Shown here one piece after another: positions 37,212-49,846 of a DNA stretch of 64,000 nt. The notes below the pieces were generated by a model. It did not search any database and was not told the origin of the DNA. It worked only from the letters and a program-made list of their open reading frames with translations. Source of the stretch: Ramazzottius varieornatus. Its lineage: Eukaryota > Animalia > Tardigrada. A program made the translations under genes and the position numbers. Each line of letters opens with the position of its first letter. The first letter of the stretch is position 1. Location: positions 935,036 through 999,035 of the forward strand of contig BDGG01000015.1 of assembly GCA_001949185.1 (NCBI GenBank). The letters run 5' to 3'.

Positions 37212-38139
37212 AGTTTTCTCGTTTCCTAATGAATTACCTTTCAGTTCCTAATGAATCATTCTTGAATTCTAGTTTGCGTGGAATGTGATGCCAATCCAGG
37301 GACGGGTAGGAGTATTTGTACTGGCACCATCGTCCAGTTTGTAACGACGGTCGAGTGCGAGCTAGCTAACGAGTCTTTTGTGTAATTTGAAATTTTCGAC
37401 GTTTTCTGCTCGATATTTGGGCGGTTGATGGCGGTTCGGCTAATTTCAAGGTTCTGAAAACATTCCTGATATGAATTTATGAAAATATGCTCGGTATGAT
37501 TAAATCATAGCGCGACCAGAAAGATGTTGGTTGGGGGATAAACTAACATTGACCGTTGTCAGTGTTTGTTTTGAGAATTGAGTTGAGCGGAAAGTTATTG
37601 ATTCATTATAGAGGATATGTCCTAGATTAAGGCTCTTCATCAGTTTACAGCGCAGCGCTTGAATCTTGATCGGATGCTAGTGCTGGTCCTTCCGCTGTAC
37701 CAATTGATCGAGCGGAACTTCTAGCGTTATGCAGTACTTGAGAGCAATCATCATTCAGAAGAGAATAGATTAGGAATTTATGGGCGTTGTAAGGCGATGG
37801 TGCTTTACAACTTAGACCAATGTGGCGGACATGCTGCATGTGGGCCGTCGAAAGAGACAGGGCGGACATGATGTCGAGCACTGTGTCGCCTCAGTAGCGC
37901 ATTTCCGACTAGTGGCGGTTCTTCCTCCAACGGTACGTGAGAAAACTATTAAAAGCCGCTTTTTTCCATAATTTTCTTTGGTTGTTGCTCTGCGTTATCC
38001 AGTCGTCTAATCCATCGTGGGTTTTACAGCGCCCGGCACCAACTCTGCGAGGCTGTAAGCTGTGGCTCACTGCTCTGAGAAGCCATTAGCTGACTTTGCC
38101 TGGTGGTGGCTTCCAGCTTTCATCTCTCGTTTCTTGACC

Positions 38140-41100
38140 ATGACAGGTCGGGCCGATGGACAAGGAAGTTGCCGGTGGAGGACTCTGTGTCTAGCTATCT
38201 TCCTACGTGAGTCGAACCCACTACCAATTATTACCCCTGCCAGAGTTTGTCCTTCCTTCTGGTCGGTGGTTGCTGTCGTGTTGATATTGACGATGGTTTA
38301 TTCGATGTTGACAAAGACTTCGACGTTTATTTGACCTCAGTTTTTTTTTTCGTTCTGGCGACAGATGTTATTGCTAATGGCTCGTCGATGGTCATCGAGC
38401 ACATAACACCGCGCCTACAGATACCTGTCCAACCTGCGATGCTGAAACAGCCGTCGGCTAACCTGACAGCGGAAGCGAACAATGATGTACAGCGCAACAA
38501 CACCATCGCTGATCTTGACCATCTGACCATTAGTAAGTAACCCTAGATCCAATCAAGTGGCAGTCAAAAGCCACCGCTCGTTTTTTCAATGAGATGATTG
38601 CTTCATCTGCCGCTAAAATTTCCGGGGGTATGTCTCTGAGGCCTTGGGGGCAAAAGAAAAGCCAGTGTACAGAATTTTGATGTGAAAGTTTTTAGAACGA
38701 GATAAGAATGATAAAGTGTTACTGTCATGAAGAATCCCACGCATGCTATTGCTCGGCGCGGAAAGCGAGCATTGCGTGACAGACCTTTCGACCGACGAAC
38801 TTGCAAAGCGTAGCGGTGTAAGATGGACAAATTGTTGTAGAGCTTGATGGTGGGCCAGTATATTCATCCAGAAAGAGACAGCTGAACAGCTTTAGAGTTG
38901 TCCAAATAAACCGTAGGTAAAGAGAGATCTTTTTACGGTGATCAACTTGGGTTCCTTGCAGGTGCCGACATCGGAGAACCCATTTCGACACCACCTAGCA
39001 TCACTACCACCACCACCGCAGAAAGCAATGCCACCATCTGTACCAGCCCGGACTGCTACCGAATCGGTAATGGTCTCTGGCACTTTTCCTGGTCGTTAGT
39101 AGCTCCAACAAAGTTTGCCTGTTTATTTAGCTCGCTCCATGGCCAAAGCAATGAATGTGTCCATCGACCCATGTCAAGACTTTTACGATTACGCCTGCGG
39201 AAACTGGACATCGTACAATCCAATTCCGGGTATAACTGCATGGGCTGGTCTGATTGTGACTTTATTTATCGGAAGTTCATGCATGTCTTTGACAGATGAC
39301 CAAGGCAGCTGGGATAACTTTCAAGTTGTATGTATCGCACGTTGTCCAGTTTGTGGTGTTCTTGAAACCCTCTTCCGCTGACACTGTCAGCTTCCGCATT
39401 ATGCAATTATTTTTTCGTCTAGGTTGCCCTGAAGGTTAGCAAGCAGCTTCAAGGTTCGTGGAGAAACTCATGAACCGTTTGATAGCTTATTGACTGGCCT
39501 CGTCTCTGGTGATGAGTACATTCTGTTCTGCAGACGTTCTGGGAAAGTCTGACCCGACCGACTTGTCGACGGCCAGGAACAAAGCCCGCACTTTCTATCA
39601 AGCATGCCTCGATACCGGTAACACATTCCCAGCACATTTGTTGTGAGGATGTTGTCACGATGACCTTGTTATGCAGATCGAATGGAGAGAATGGGATCGG
39701 CTCCACTGATGAAGATTCTACAGTCGGCGCTGGGCGGCTGGCCCATCCTGCAAATGTCGGCCTGCAAGTGGAACAGCAGCGACTTCAACTGGTTGGAGAC
39801 TATTCGTCGCACCAAAAAGTACGGCTTCGGCCTCTTCCTGGACTGGGCCGGTGCAGCCGACCCGCAGAAGCCTCAACGCAACATGATCCACTTCGGCGAA
39901 GGTAGTCTAGGTATGGGTTCCCGCAAGTACTACTTCACCAACACATCCCAGTATGTCCGAGACGCCTACAAAGGTCTCATGCGCAACCTCATTGTTATGT
40001 TGCGCGATGACTCGGGATACATTACGCCAGGGACTTTGATGGAAGTGCAGAAGGAAGCCGATGAAATTTACGACTTCGAAAGCTTCCTTGCAAATGTACG
40101 TACATGTCAATTTACCGTAGTGGACTGTTGGCCTATAATATGGTCACCTTTTCATCCACCTGCCCACTCGTGACCGGCCGGGTTGCATAGTTCCATGTGC
40201 GTAGGCCGCTGAGATGGTCGCTGAAGTTTCCTGTTATGCTTTCATCTACCTGCATACACGTGGTCATTGAGAATGGCTATGAAGCCATGTATGCAGGTGG
40301 ATGGGAAACCGCAGCTTATTGTTTGTAATATGCATGCGTTTTACTGGTTGCAGATTTCGAGAACGGAAGAAGATCGGCGCAACTTATCGCTGTCCTTGAA
40401 CAAGATGACAGTGGAGCAGTTTCACAACCGCTGCTTGAGCGACTCGCTCACTTTGGATCAACTACTAGACTACATGACGGAGATCATGCCCAACTCCACC
40501 TTGAAAGCTCTGGTTAAGAAGGACCTGATCGTCAACGTCGGAAACCCTGATTACTTTAAGCGCTTACATCGTACCCTCAGTGAGTACTCTACCGATCCCA
40601 AGAAGAGACGCATCTTGGCCAACTACATTGGCTGGCGTTTGACGATGGAGTTCGCCGCCAAAATGACGTTTAAGCTAAGAGGGGTCGTCGAAGCTTTCTC
40701 ACAAGCTATCGATGGGACAAAAAAGGAGCCGGATCGTGTCAAGATCTGCGCGGCCAAGGCCAACTCTGTCATGAATACGGCAGTTGGTTCCTTGTATGTC
40801 AAGAACCACTTCAACGAATCTAGCAAAGCCAAGGTAGAACAAGCCACATCAAATTCAGAATATTCAGAGAAAACAATCGGCATTTTTCAATAAATATTCT
40901 TGTTCATGCTTCTGAGAGTTTTTATTCTGACTAGATTCAAGGCCTGGTCAAGAATATGCGAGAGGCTTATTCACAGTTACTGGGTAGTGCGGAATGGATG
41001 GACGAAGCCACCCGCAAGAAGGCCTTGGTCAAGCTGGAATCCATGTATGAATACATCGGCTATGCCGATTATATCGTCAACGACATTGTCAGGCTGGACA

Positions 41101-42447
41101 AGGAGTATGAAGATGTACGAAATTCCTATACCTAAATATCCTCCCTTTACCCTTTTTTAGAACGAATACACAAAAAGTGATCATGTCATGTTGGCTGATT
41201 TTTTTGCAGCTGGAGGTTGGACCCGATCATCTGTACAACTGTTTAAACGTTAACAAGTTCGGTCTGGAACAAAATCTGAAGGACTTGTTGAAGAAGAACA
41301 ACCGCTCGTTGGACGAGGTCTTAACTCCCGCCGATGTCAACGCCTTCTATGATCCATCTCACAATATTATCGGTAAGTCAATCTTCCGCCTCCGTCGGCT
41401 TCTCTCCTCGCTTTGATCATCTTGTGCTTTTTCTCTGACAGCCTTTGTCGCCGGTATTCTGCAAGCGCCATTCTACGACCCGAATCGCCCCGAGTATTTA
41501 AATTACGCCGGTATCGGAGCTATCATTGGTCACGAGATAACGCATGGCTTCGATGATCAAGGTATGGTGTGCCGTTGCGGCTATCCGGCCACTGCAGCCT
41601 ATAGCTATTGTCTTTGTGTCTTGGACAGGCTCCTTGTTCGACGACCAGGGAACCTTCTCCGACTGGTGGTCGCCCGACTCTCGTGGCCACTACACACGCA
41701 AAGCAGCCGGCTTGGTCAGCCAGTACAGCCTGTATAGCATAGCCGACCTCGGAAGTATCAACGGCTACCTCACATTGGGCGAAAACATCGCCGACTGTGG
41801 CGGAGTGAAAGAAGCCTACGCTGTACGTACGTCTTACCTGCATCAGTTGTACATCTTCAATAATTGTATCATATGCATTGTGGAAGACGGGTATATGAAA
41901 CGCAACAGATCGTTTTCACAAGTGGCGCACGATATCAGCCAACACCACTGACAAGGTGCGCCACTCACCACAGCGATCTGGTTCGGTCCATTTGCCCAGC
42001 TGCCGTAACATGGGCTGTTGACAAAAGCACGTCGTATTGCATCCATTTGTTGTATTCTGTTGACTGACAATATTGATGCGGTGTTTTGATCGTTTAGGCC
42101 TACCAGCTGTACACAAAGAGGAGGGGCGTCCTAGAGCCCCTTCTACCGGGTTTCCAAGATTACAGCAGGGAGCAAATGTTCTTCCTTGGAGTAGCCCAAG
42201 TAAGATGCCCAATTCCACTATCTGTCCAGCATCTACTGAAGCCTTCACCAAGGGAATTTTCCTGTCGTAGGGATGGTGTGGGTCAGAGCGAGAAAAGACG
42301 ACGAGGAACTCTCTTTTGACAGCAAGTCACAGTCCGAAAAAGTTCCGCGTGATCGGTCCTCTCAGTAACATGCCCGAATTCGCCCAAGCATTTCACTGTC
42401 CGTTGGGCTCTCCCATGAACCCGGTAACGAAGGCTGCTGTATGGTAG
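38140..42447 (+). CDS. Neprilysin/ECE-like M13 metallopeptidase
   Basis: N-terminal hydrophobic anchor; [43 protein letters not shown] (HExxH), [33 protein letters not shown]. Confidence 0.95.
40158..40298. repeat. Family B pair in neprilysin intron
   Basis: Degenerate unit 40158-40206 (N29) and 40248-40298 ACCTGCATAC-N31-GTATGCAGGT; period 90. Confidence 0.8.
41919..41967. repeat. Family A element in neprilysin intron
   Basis: GATCGTTTTCA-CAAGTGGCGCAC-N25-GTGCGCCACTCA. Confidence 0.85.
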
Positions 42448-42769
42448 GTAGATGCTTGTCCCTTATTTTGCACACCTATGTCGATTTTCAGTCCTATAAG
42501 TTTTAAACTTGATCTGACGCGCCGCGGTGAAATCCCTGTGACACGCATGGACAGTTATCAATTTTAATTTGTTTGTTTTGTTTCATTTCATACATGCTGA
42601 TCTTCATTGCCGCATAGTCATATCTTGCTAACTTGAGACTAATGTACAAGTTAACGGCTAAATTCTGCAAAGAGAGAGTAAGCTCGGTCCGCCATCAAGT
42701 GTCCGTTGTTGAGTCAGTCAGGATTGGTAGTGGCCTTCCACAGGTTCCCTGTAGCCGCAGTTTCCTAGG

Positions 42770-43424
42770 TTATCCCGTATTTTGGAACATTGTGCCATCT
42801 TGATTTATGCCTTGGGACATGGAGGCCGTGGGGGCGAACTGAGACTGCGACTGGAAGAGGGGGTTCAGGGGTGGCAGCGGCGGCAGCGGAGCAAATCCGC
42901 CAAAGTTGTCGGCAGCGCCACCAGCAGAGGCCATCATTGGTTTGTAGCACGGATCACTGGGCGTCAAATTCCAGCCGAAATCACAGCGGTTCTTGTCCCC
43001 CGAAAACACCTATCATCATCGCAACCACGTCGTGTTTCACAATGGTTAATTTTTGGCGGCAAGAATTCTTCTAACAGAACTGAAACGTCGGCTAATGAAC
43101 TGAACAGGATTGTTATCTCAGGTGGCGCACGTTCTCAATGTGTTTGGCTGGTAGGGTGCGTCACTTGAGAAGACGATCCTGTTTAAGTCATTCGCCGACG
43201 TCCGAATAAAGCTTTGTGCTCACCAGAGTTCCCGGACAGGATGAAAAGGTGGCGCATGAATCCCAGCAGTTGGCAAACTTGCGGCATTCGTTGGGGACAG
43301 CAAACTGACCTCGGGCTTCCAGGCACAAAGGACTGTTGGACTCGCAGGTTAGAGCTCCTTCCACACTGGAGGAATAGAAGGCCAGGCTCAGCGCAAGGGC
43401 GGATATAAGGATCACATAAGCCAT
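42770..43424 (-). CDS. Secreted chitin-binding (CBM14/peritrophin-A) protein, ~146 aa, 2 exons
   Basis: Signal peptide; CLEARGQFAVPNECRKFANCWDSCATFSSCPGTL|VFSGDKNRCDF across a phase-0 intron 43223-43010; P/Q/G-rich tail. Confidence 0.8.
43119..43167. repeat. Family A element in the CBM14 gene intron
   Basis: CAGGTGGCGCAC-N25-GTGCGTCACTTG-AGAAGACGATC. Confidence 0.85.
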
Positions 43425-44550
43425 TTTGCTGGAAGGCGATGAAAAGGGGAAGAAGGAAAAATAGTCAGCGTCGCCTTCAGTGAAGATGATGCGCTATAAT
43501 ATTAAAGTGACAGACGTCAAGTCGGCGACCTGGCTTGTGTTGCGCGTACTTCCGTTTGGTGAAGAGGAGTGTCAGCAAGGAAAGTGCTTGTTGCGCTCAT
43601 GTTGTTGGTGGAAGACCTCAGATAAACATCGACACGACGACGGCAAAGGCAGTAAGCGGCCAGTTATGTATATACAGGAAGTCTGACAAGTTTGAAACGA
43701 CGAAAGACTTTGAAGCCCAAGCCAGGACTAATCCTTGATCTCTACTCGGTCCTGCCGTCTCTGTCTACGTGGGTAGCGGAAGCAGGTCCTACAACAATTT
43801 GAGCAGGACATAAAGTTGTTCTAAGCGGGCTTATGGGAAGGACAGCGGCTACCTTCAAGTTGAATGTTAGACTGTGGCAGCCGGGATTACAGGTTATTCG
43901 CTCTTCAAAGATGGCCGAGACGGATACCGGACAGGGCAAACCTTCCTGACTGTTCACCTCAACGTAATCGATACAAAGAAGATTACCTACGCACTGTACA
44001 GACCTTCACAGCAATAATGCTATATCAGCGAAATGTATATAATATTTTCTTACCACACAATACCAGGATTCGGCAAGATCAGAAGTGGGATAAGAAGTAT
44101 CGTTTTCGGACGCTGGACATTTACATGACGTGAAATCAGACGCCATCTGCAGCTCAGTGAGTGCTGACGTGTAGGCCAGCTTCAGGCACCAGCCTGACTT
44201 GCTTGTTGATTAGTAATGACTAACCCAGTCTGGCGAAGCCAACTTTTCGACTTTTAAGTTTTAACTCTGGAGCGCTCTGTTTTCTTCCCGTTCTCTGTGT
44301 TGGGATCTTTGATGTGCGTACTGCATTCTCCAGGTTTATCTTCATTGCATCTTACTTAAACGAATCTTTGGGACGCTCAGGTATGGCTTTGCTGAAACTG
44401 TGGAAGCTGGTGGATGGGCATCATGGGCTCGAAGCGCACCCAGCGTGCTGATGTGTTTGATCTGTGGTTGTTTTGCTCTTGGCGGATGCCACCTTTAAGT
44501 TCTCAGGGTTCTAGTGACCGAGCATACAACATGGATTTCTTGCAGGCAAG

Positions 44551-45353
44551 ATGTTGGACTTTGTTTACAATCAGACTATCTTCGGAGTCCTGCAACCACC
44601 AAACATCAAGCTGAAGCGTCCAACATGGATCCGTCAACCGGCGCCCATGACGGTCTTCGCTGGCATCCTTCTCTCCTATTTTCTCGTTACCGGAGGTAAG
44701 CTGCGCAGAGTTTTGCATATGCTGCACCTTAGCTAAAGATACGCCAATTTATAGACGTTCATATCCGCGTCAGTGGTAGATGTCTTGGCTTATATGAATT
44801 TCTGAAGGGATACAGTGTACGACAAAATAAACCGTTAAAAATGGGTGTTGGATGGAGCCAGATGGATAAAGCCAATGAAATTTGCGCATGCAGCGAAATA
44901 TAATTCTCATTGGCTGACTTGTAAATAAGCTCTAGCTGCACTGTTACGCCTATTTTTAACTGTCAATTTTGTCGTACACTGTATCAATCAGTATCATGGG
45001 AATAATTGTGCGACTTGATCGGGATATTATTTCTTCTTGCAGGTGTGATTTACGACGTCATCGTGGAGCCACCTTCCATCGGCAGCACCACCGATGAGAA
45101 TGGACATTCACGACCCGTAGCTTTCATGCCTTGGCGGGTGAACGGACAGTACATCATGGAAGGATTGGCGGCTAGTTTTCTCTTCACACTGGGAAGCCTA
45201 GGTTTCATTATATTCGATCAGACAAACAACCCCTTGATGCCCAAACTCAACCGTTCTATTTGGGTGGGTGTGGGATTCGTTTGCATCCTCGTCTCTTTTG
45301 GCATGTGCTGGGTTTTCATGCGCATGAAACTCCCCGGATACCTCCAGAACTAA
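44551..45353 (+). CDS. OSTC: Oligosaccharyltransferase complex subunit OSTC (DC2), 2 coding exons
   Basis: [10 protein letters not shown]...SYFLVTG|[42 protein letters not shown]...[10 protein letters not shown]. Confidence 0.96.
44813..44981. mobile_element. Tc1/mariner-type MITE, 169 bp, in OSTC intron
   Basis: TA|CAGTGTACGACAAAAT...ATTTTGTCGTACACTG|TA; 36-bp TIRs 31/36 with the first 16 perfect. Confidence 0.88.
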
Positions 45354-45666
45354 CCCTGTCATCCTGACCCTTCCTGACATCATTCTACTAAACTTTTCAT
45401 ACGTTTTTCAAGAAGGCTTTTACCAGGGTTGTATTTTAAGATCGCGGCGATATGAATATTTGATGAGCGGCAAAAAAGCAGGAAGTGAGGAAATAAAATT
45501 TCGTGAAATGAGGATTCCAGACTGACTATGGTACCTGAATATTTGACAATGCAAACCAACTAAGAAGGAACATCAAAGGAGCATAAACATAAACGAAAGA
45601 TAAATGTTCGGAAAACGACGGGAGATATAATGAGAGAAATAAATGTTTGAACTTCCGGTCCCGTCT

Positions 45667-47468
45667 TTATCCGTGAATATGGATGTCCAGAGATCCGATG
45701 CTGTTGTACTGCGGGATGACCCAGGTAAGCAGATACGTTTCGGTCAGCGTGTCCAGGACGGCTTTGACGGACACCTGAACTTGTTCGACGTATGAATGAG
45801 CTTGAGCGATGAGAGGTTGGGACAAGTCGTGGACGCTTTGAGCCTGCAAAACAACGGACAACTTGACCACACTACCGCCGCGCGTGTCACCTTACACAGG
45901 ACTTCCCAGTTTCGGCACGTTGACCGCTCACGAGACAACATGGAAAAGCATGGCTCGCAGATTCTCATCTAGAAGCCGGGCAAACGTTTTGAAGCAGTCC
46001 GTATTTCAAGTGGCGCACGCTTCCAGCCATGACTTCGGACACGTGCGCCACTTGAGATGAAAAATGTGCTCTAAGTCATTTGCCCAACTGTCATTTGACA
46101 AGAGACGGAAGAACGAGAAGTGACGAGGGAGAGTACCTCACGAACTTGGTGAAGAAGGTTTCCCGCAGCGTTGCTGGCCGAGTGAAGAGTATCAGTCAGA
46201 TGTTGAGGAAGGAAGCGTGTGACATCGGGAAGGGTCTTCTCGAGGGTTTCTTTAGTCTGTGCAGTGAGGCGTTGAAGAAGAGTAAGGGCATATTCCTCGA
46301 CCTTACTGCGACTAACGTGCTCACCCACATCCGGAACCGACCATTGTCCCGTCATGGACAGAGACAGTCGACGGATCTCTTCCCACATGTGCTGGATGGA
46401 AGCGGTGGAATGTTCGGCAGTTTCTCGGAGAGTGTGGACAATGTGCAGAGCTTGAGCCAACTGTTGCGCTGCTTGAATGTTGTCGGCCAGACGAGCGCTG
46501 ACACGAGTTCGAATCTTGTTGCTGATGATCTTGGCGTGCTCCATGTGGCGGTTCTCACTTTCCGGATCGACGTATGTGGAAACGAAATGGTCGCGCTCAT
46601 CTATGTGAAAAGAACAGCGTCAGTACGTACAACAAGGAAGTAACAGCACTGTAACGGCAGCAAATCAACCAATCATGTATAATGAACGATACAAGAAAAT
46701 CGCGCCTTCGGATAGAACCGAAAGTATAGGAGTTACTTTGCGGGAGAAGCTTGTCCACGACCAAGTCGGCAGCCTTCAAGGTCCATTCGACGGTTTGAGA
46801 CAGCTTGTACAACGATTTACGGATGAGTGCAGACTTGGCAGAAGAAAAACCAACGTCCTTGACCAGCCAGAGTTTGTCCTTCGTCTCCTTGTACTTTAGA
46901 ACGGTGCTTTCCTTCATGTCTGTCAGCTGAGCAAGCTGTGGTTGAATCTTTTCGTAGTACAACCATCTGCCTTGGTAGGCGATCTAGAAAGACAGGCGGA
47001 ACTCCACAGCGAATATCTCTAGGCTGACAAAGTGCGATAGCCTACCTCGTCGGGAGTGAAAGTGATGACCGGGAGTCTTTCTTCCACAGATTTCAAGATC
47101 TGAACTGCTGTGCTATCCGCGTAACTGACTGCAACCACAAATGAAATATGAACTGTCCATAAAAAATACTGGTGAGGTGGAGGATGCTTACGTGGGCGCT
47201 GCAGGCCAGTCTTGGCAGCGAGTTGTGAAGCAATCATCCAGGAAGCAGTCGTAGCATCTTCCCCCTTTTCCAGGACTAGTGTCAGAAGGCTATTTCGTTG
47301 TTTGACGGCCTGGTAGACCTGGGAAACTCGAGACAGAGTCAGAGCTACCAGTGGCAGATGGGAAATTCGCTGGACGAAATGCTCCTCATCCTCGTGATGG
47401 TCGTAACCGTTCGAGCCGTTGACAGAGTACTCGACGTCCACCTTCCGCACATACTTCTGGCTCTTCAT
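45667..47468 (-). CDS. Perilipin (PAT family) lipid-droplet protein
   Basis: PAT domain FVQRISHLPLVALTLSRVSQVYQAVKQRNSLL...ADSTAVQILKSVEERLPVI; VVDKLLP; helical C-terminal region. Confidence 0.85.
46007..46054. repeat. Family A element in perilipin intron
   Basis: CAAGTGGCGCAC-N24-GTGCGCCACTTG, perfect arms. Confidence 0.9.
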
Positions 47469-48048
47469 TTCAGTCTGCCGATACTGTCGAGACTCACCCT
47501 AATAACAGACCTGCAAAAATAGACAAGATGTTTCTTGGTGTACTTCCTGCTCGTGATGTTACTGTAGTATAAAGGTAACTCGATCTGGCACCAGTGGAGG
47601 AACTTACCACTTGATGAAAAGAGAAAATACTTCCGATCGGCGATTCGCGATATCAGACCGGTTTGTTTTTTTGAACTGGTCTATATGCTACAGTGTAATG
47701 AAAATGTAATCTCTTTGATCTCCTTGGCTCTTGAAGACAGGGCCTCCTCGGTAAGATCTTATCAAGGAATGAACTCCAACGAGCAGGTGGAGACACAAGT
47801 CCAAGCACCAAAGGTCTTATACGAGTGAAGTTTGAACCGTTCTCTTTGGCGAATTCATTCCAAAGTCCAATGTATACGGTAAAAATTTGTCGTCGAGTTT
47901 CAGGAAAGCGTGTTCAGACGGTGAACTGCAAGACAGACCCTGCAAGCAAAGAACTTCGGACTCTTCTTATGGAAGAGCATCATCGTTCTCACAGCGGTCA
48001 GTAAAACAAACAAAAACGGTCAACAGCCTCGGTTAGAAGGATAACATT

Positions 48049-49336
48049 TCAAGAGATTGTGTTCTTGGGACGAGTGAACAATCGTGAAAATAAAGCCTGG
48101 TACGGCCGAGCTGCGCCAGCAACTACGGGAACACGGAAGAAAGCCAGAGCTCGCGGGTTCAACAAAACAAAAAACTGTACAAGTCCGAAGAAGCTTGACA
48201 GTAACCAGTAGAGCGAAACTCCCTACAAGAAGGTAATTTTTGAAGTTGTCACTTGCGCTGTAGAGACAAGAGACTTACGGTCGGCATCAGAGCTGTGATG
48301 AAGACCACAAGAAGGGATGTCACTCTCGTCGACCAGATGACGAAGCTGATCAACCTCGTCCGTTGTTGAATACTGCTGAAATGCAGTTCACTAAGAACGA
48401 AGCTCATCAAGCCGTTCAAGACAGGTATGGCCCACGTGCGGTCAGGACGAGTGAGGTCGCGGAACCATAAAGCTCCTTCTTGGCTGAGTTGTGCTCGAGA
48501 TGTCACCCTCGCTGCCTCTCCATTTCTTCCGGCGCACAAGTTACGCAGAGCGCAGGACATGCATATCCACAGAGGTATTTGAAGCAGAGGAAGTAAAATG
48601 TTCTTGGCGGGATGGCAGTTGTCCTGGACATAGAGGTTGCTCCGATGTTTTCTAATCTACCAGAACCATAAAGCTGGAAAAGAACGTGTGTGTGACATTC
48701 ATGCACCTGCATACGCCGAGTTATGCTTTTATATTGGTACAGCTGTACGCAAGTACGTGTCCCAAGCGGTAACACCGTAACAGTTGTTACCGTCCGCAAG
48801 TGCGCATGACGTCATCGCGGACTGAACTAAGCATCGTTAGGTTGATGACGTCATGCGGCACAAATAAGTGTAATTCCTGGACGACGAACCTCGATGTTAA
48901 ACACTTGGTTTGCCTTCTCCTCATCCCATTTGAACATACGCTGTGCTTGCTTCACCTCCTGGAACAGCTCCTTGGCTAGTTCATCCATCTTTGGTTTGAG
49001 CAAGACGAGCTTGGCTGTTATTCGGCGCTGGATGATGGCGAAAGGGAAGGTTATGAGAGATCGCGCCATCAGCACCGTCAAGGGAATGGTCGCCCACCAT
49101 GGTGTGCCAGTGCTTTCGTGGATGACTTGCAGGGATCGCTCCAGAAATTTGACGGCGGATGTATCAGCGATGAAGTCTAAAGGTGCGTACGAATTGAAAA
49201 ACCGACCTTTCACGATGTACAAGGTAGCGCGACGTCCTGACACGCGTCCAGCATAACAAGACGCTCCGACCGGAAGTCCTCTTGAAGACGACCGTAACAC
49301 TGCGCGCGCACCGCAGACCAGCCTAAGCAACACCAT
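48049..49336 (-). CDS. COX18: Cytochrome c oxidase assembly protein COX18 (Oxa1/YidC family)
   Basis: R/S-rich presequence; HESTGTPWWATI, NCHPAK...QIPLWICMSCALRN, EGALWFRDLTRPDRTWAIP, PTGVSLYWLLSS. Confidence 0.9.
48705..48754. repeat. Family B element in COX18 intron
   Basis: ACCTGCATAC-N30-GTACGCAAGT. Confidence 0.8.
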
Positions 49337-49846
49337 CACCGACTTCGGTACACTGTGTTTTGGCTGTTACCACCTGAAGAAATGGGAGATCACTTCAAGT
49401 CAGAACTCAGAAGCAAACTATGAGCAATCTTTGCTCCGCAGTCTAGAGAAACACGGTAACCGGAAGTCAGTCAGTGAGTCATGTCATAGACATACAGTAT
49501 ATTCATGATATGTCATACATATCCACATAAACATCACACTGCGGCTGATTCTGACGGATGATCCCTTCTCCAGTCAGCTCTCATGGCGACTTTAGAAGTT
49601 CTAGTCTCTCATCTGGAATATTCACTCGCGACAAAGACGACATCTTGCTGGAATGATCCCTTTGACAGAACTTCATCTGTACTACTTTGACCTTAATTGT
49701 TATGTTGATGGTACTGCAAGCTCGTTCATGGGTAGCAGCCAGAGTAGGCTATCGGAACCACTAGAACTAGACTGATTACATGTATGGGAATGCTCCGCTT
49801 GTTGGTTGTTGGTGGATGATAAAAGCTCCTGCCGGCGGACAAGATA

